From assembly GCF_009914755.1 (NCBI RefSeq), contig NC_060947.1: DNA of 64,000 bases; one strand, written 5' to 3'. Position 1 is the first letter of the stretch. Each line of letters begins with the position of its first letter. This stretch comes from the human T2T-CHM13v2.0 reference genome, Homo sapiens. Under the pieces are notes generated by a model, which did not search any database, had not been told where the DNA came from, and saw only the letters and a list, made by a program, of their open reading frames with translations. Shown here one piece after another: positions 62,001-64,000 of this stretch. The position numbers and the translations under genes were made by a program.

Positions 62001-64000
62001 TACCCGTTTCGAACGAAGGCCACCCAGTGGTCCAAATATCCACTTGCAGATTATACAGAAAGAGTGTTTCGAACCTGAACTCTCAAAGGAAGGTTCATCT
62101 CTGCGAGTTAAATGCATTCATCATGAAGAACTTTCTCAGAGTGTTTGTGTTTAGTTATGGGAAATTATTCCCGTTTCCAACGAAATCCTCAGAGAGCTCC
62201 AAATATCCACCTGCAGATTCTACCAAAAGTGTATTTGGAAACTGCTCCATCAAAAGGCATGTTCAGCTCTGTCAGTGAAACTCCATCATCACAAAGAATA
62301 TTCTGAGAATGCTTCCGTTTGCCTTTTATATGAAGTTCCTTCCTGTACTACCGTAGGCCTCAAAGCAGTCCAAATCTCCATTTGCAGATTCTACAAAAAG
62401 AGTGATTCCAATCTGCTGTATCAATAGGATTGTTCAACTCCATGAGTTGAATGCCATCCTCACAAAGTCGTTTCTGAGAATGCTTCTATCTGGTTTTTGT
62501 GTGAAGATATTTCCTTTTCCACCACAGGCCTCAAAGCCCTCCAAACGTCCACTTGCAGATTCTCGAAAAAGAGTGTTTCATAGCTGCTCTTTCAAAAGGA
62601 AAGTTCAACTCTGGGAGTTGAATACAAACATCACAAAATAGTTTCCGAGAATGCTTCTGTTTAGTTTTTATGTGAAGATGATCCCGTTTCCAGTGAAATC
62701 TTCAAAGAGGTCCACATATCCCCTTGCAGATTCCAAAGAAAGAGGGTTTAAAAACTGCTCCATCAGAAGGATTGTTCAACTCTGTGAGTTCAATGCAGTC
62801 ATCGCAGAAATCTTTCTGAGAATGCTTCTGTCTAGGTTTGATGTGAAGATATAGACGTTTCAAACGAAGGCTACAAAGTGGTCAAAATATACACTTGCAG
62901 ATTCTACTACAAGGGTGTTGCAAACCTGAACTATCAAAGGAAGTTTCAACTCTGTGAATTGAATACAAACATCACAAAGAATGTTCTGAGTTTGCTTCCG
63001 TTCAGTTATGGGAAGTTGATCCCGTTTCCAACGAAATCCTCAGAGAGGTCCAAATATCCCCTCGCAGATTCTACAAAACGTGTGTTTGGAAACTGCTCCA
63101 TCATAACGAATGTTCAGCTCCCTGAGTTAAACTCCATCGTCACAAAGAATTTTCTGAGAGTGCTACCGTCTGGTTTTTATATGAAGTTCTTTCCTTCACT
63201 ACCACAGGCCTCAAAGCGGTCCAAATCTCCACTTGCAGATTCTACAAAAAGAGTGTTTGCAAACTGCTCTATCAAAAGGAATGTTCAACTCTGGGAGTTG
63301 AATGCAATCATCACAGAGCAGTTTCTGAGAATGCTTCTATGTCGTTTTTAGGAGAAGATATTTCCTTTTCCAACACAGTCCTCCAAGCCCGCTAAATAGC
63401 CACTTGCACATTTTAGAAAAAGTGTGTCAAAGCTGCGCTATCAAAGGGAAAGTTCAACTCTGTGAGGTGAATGCAAACATCCCAAAGAAGTTTCTGAGAA
63501 TGCTTCCGTTTAGCTTTTAGGTGAAGATTATCCCGTTTCCAACGAAACCTTCAAAGAGGTCCAAATATCCCCTTGCGGATCCCACAGAAAGAGTGTTTCG
63601 AAACTGCTGTTTCAAAAGGAATCTTCAACTCTGTGAGTTGAATGCAATCATCACAAAGAAGTTTCTGACAATGCTTCTCTCTCGTCTTTCTGTGAAGATA
63701 AAGGAAAAGGCTTTCAGGCCTTTTCCACCACAGGCCTGAAAGCGCTCCAAATGTCCACTTGCAGATTCTGCGAAAAGAATATTTCAAAACTGCTCTATGA
63801 AAAGCAATGTTAAACTCTGTGGCTGGAACACAAACATCACAAAGCGGTTTCTGAGAATGTTTCAGTTTAGTTTTTCTGTGGAAATATTCCCGTTTCCAAA
63901 GAAATCTTCAAAGAGGTCCACGTATCCACTTACAGATTCTACAAAAAGACAGTTTCAAAACTGCTCCATCAAAAGGAGGGTTCAACTGTGTGACTTGAAT

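Larger units (their letters stand above)
1..64000 (-). repeat. DXZ1: Alpha-satellite HOR array, DXZ1-type (human chrX centromere), about 31.1 tandem copies of a 2,057-bp 12-mer
   Basis: Seen: near-identical sequence and ORF patterns recur every 2,057 bp (ORF starts 32, 2089, 4146 ...; two intervals are 2,056). Monomers of ~171 bp carry alphoid motifs (TTCTGAGAATGCTTC, CCACTTGCAGATTCTAC, TTCAACTCTGTGAGTTGAATG) and CENP-B boxes. Established: DXZ1 is a ~2.0-kb BamHI-defined 12-mer. Species and chromosome are recognised from these properties, not from a database search. Confidence 0.96.

Noticed and set aside
32-63787. All other 67-112 aa ORFs on both strands
   Set aside because: They are chance open frames in alphoid DNA, overlapping in several frames and gained or lost by single satellite variants (e.g. 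TCG/TAG at offset ~760).
1-64000. CRISPR-like repeat/spacer reading of the recurring 17-bp boxes
   Set aside because: Intervening sequences are homologous monomers rather than unique spacers, and there are no cas genes.
1-64000. Embedded L1/Alu insertion, inversion, or HOR structural variant with a different monomer number
   Set aside because: The period is 2,057 bp throughout (twice 2,056) with constant orientation, leaving no room for such events.
1-64000. A novel multi-gene biological system
   Set aside because: The entire window is accounted for by a well-described centromeric satellite; only fine-scale structure and variant history remain as candidates.

Overview
The whole 64 kb window is one uninterrupted, single-orientation alpha-satellite higher-order repeat (HOR) array. 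It holds 31 complete copies plus 235 bp of a 2,057-bp, 12-monomer unit. The unit length, 5+5+2 (pentamer-derived) monomer organisation and single BamHI site per unit identify it as DXZ1, the human X-chromosome centromeric array (suprachromosomal family 3). The + strand is the reverse complement of the conventional orientation. Copies start at 1, 2058, 4115, 6172, 8229, 10286, 12343, 14400, 16457, 18514, 20571, 22627, 24684, 26741, 28798, 30854, 32911, 34968, 37025, 39082, 41139, 43196, 45253, 47310, 49367, 51424, 53481, 55538, 57595, 59652, 61709 and 63766 (partial); 'offset' below means position within a copy, numbered as in copy 1. I found no genes, RNA genes, transposon insertions, inversions or monomer-number variants; the ORF track just re-reads the satellite 31 times. 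I do not see an undescribed gene system. What merits a second look is fine structure: two mutually exclusive hairpins at a 15-bp insertion with a polymorphic site, uneven variation among CENP-B boxes, and shared variants recording 1-HOR, 2-HOR and longer-range duplications and recombinant copies. All variant calls were made by eye, aided by the ORF track, and need confirmation by alignment.
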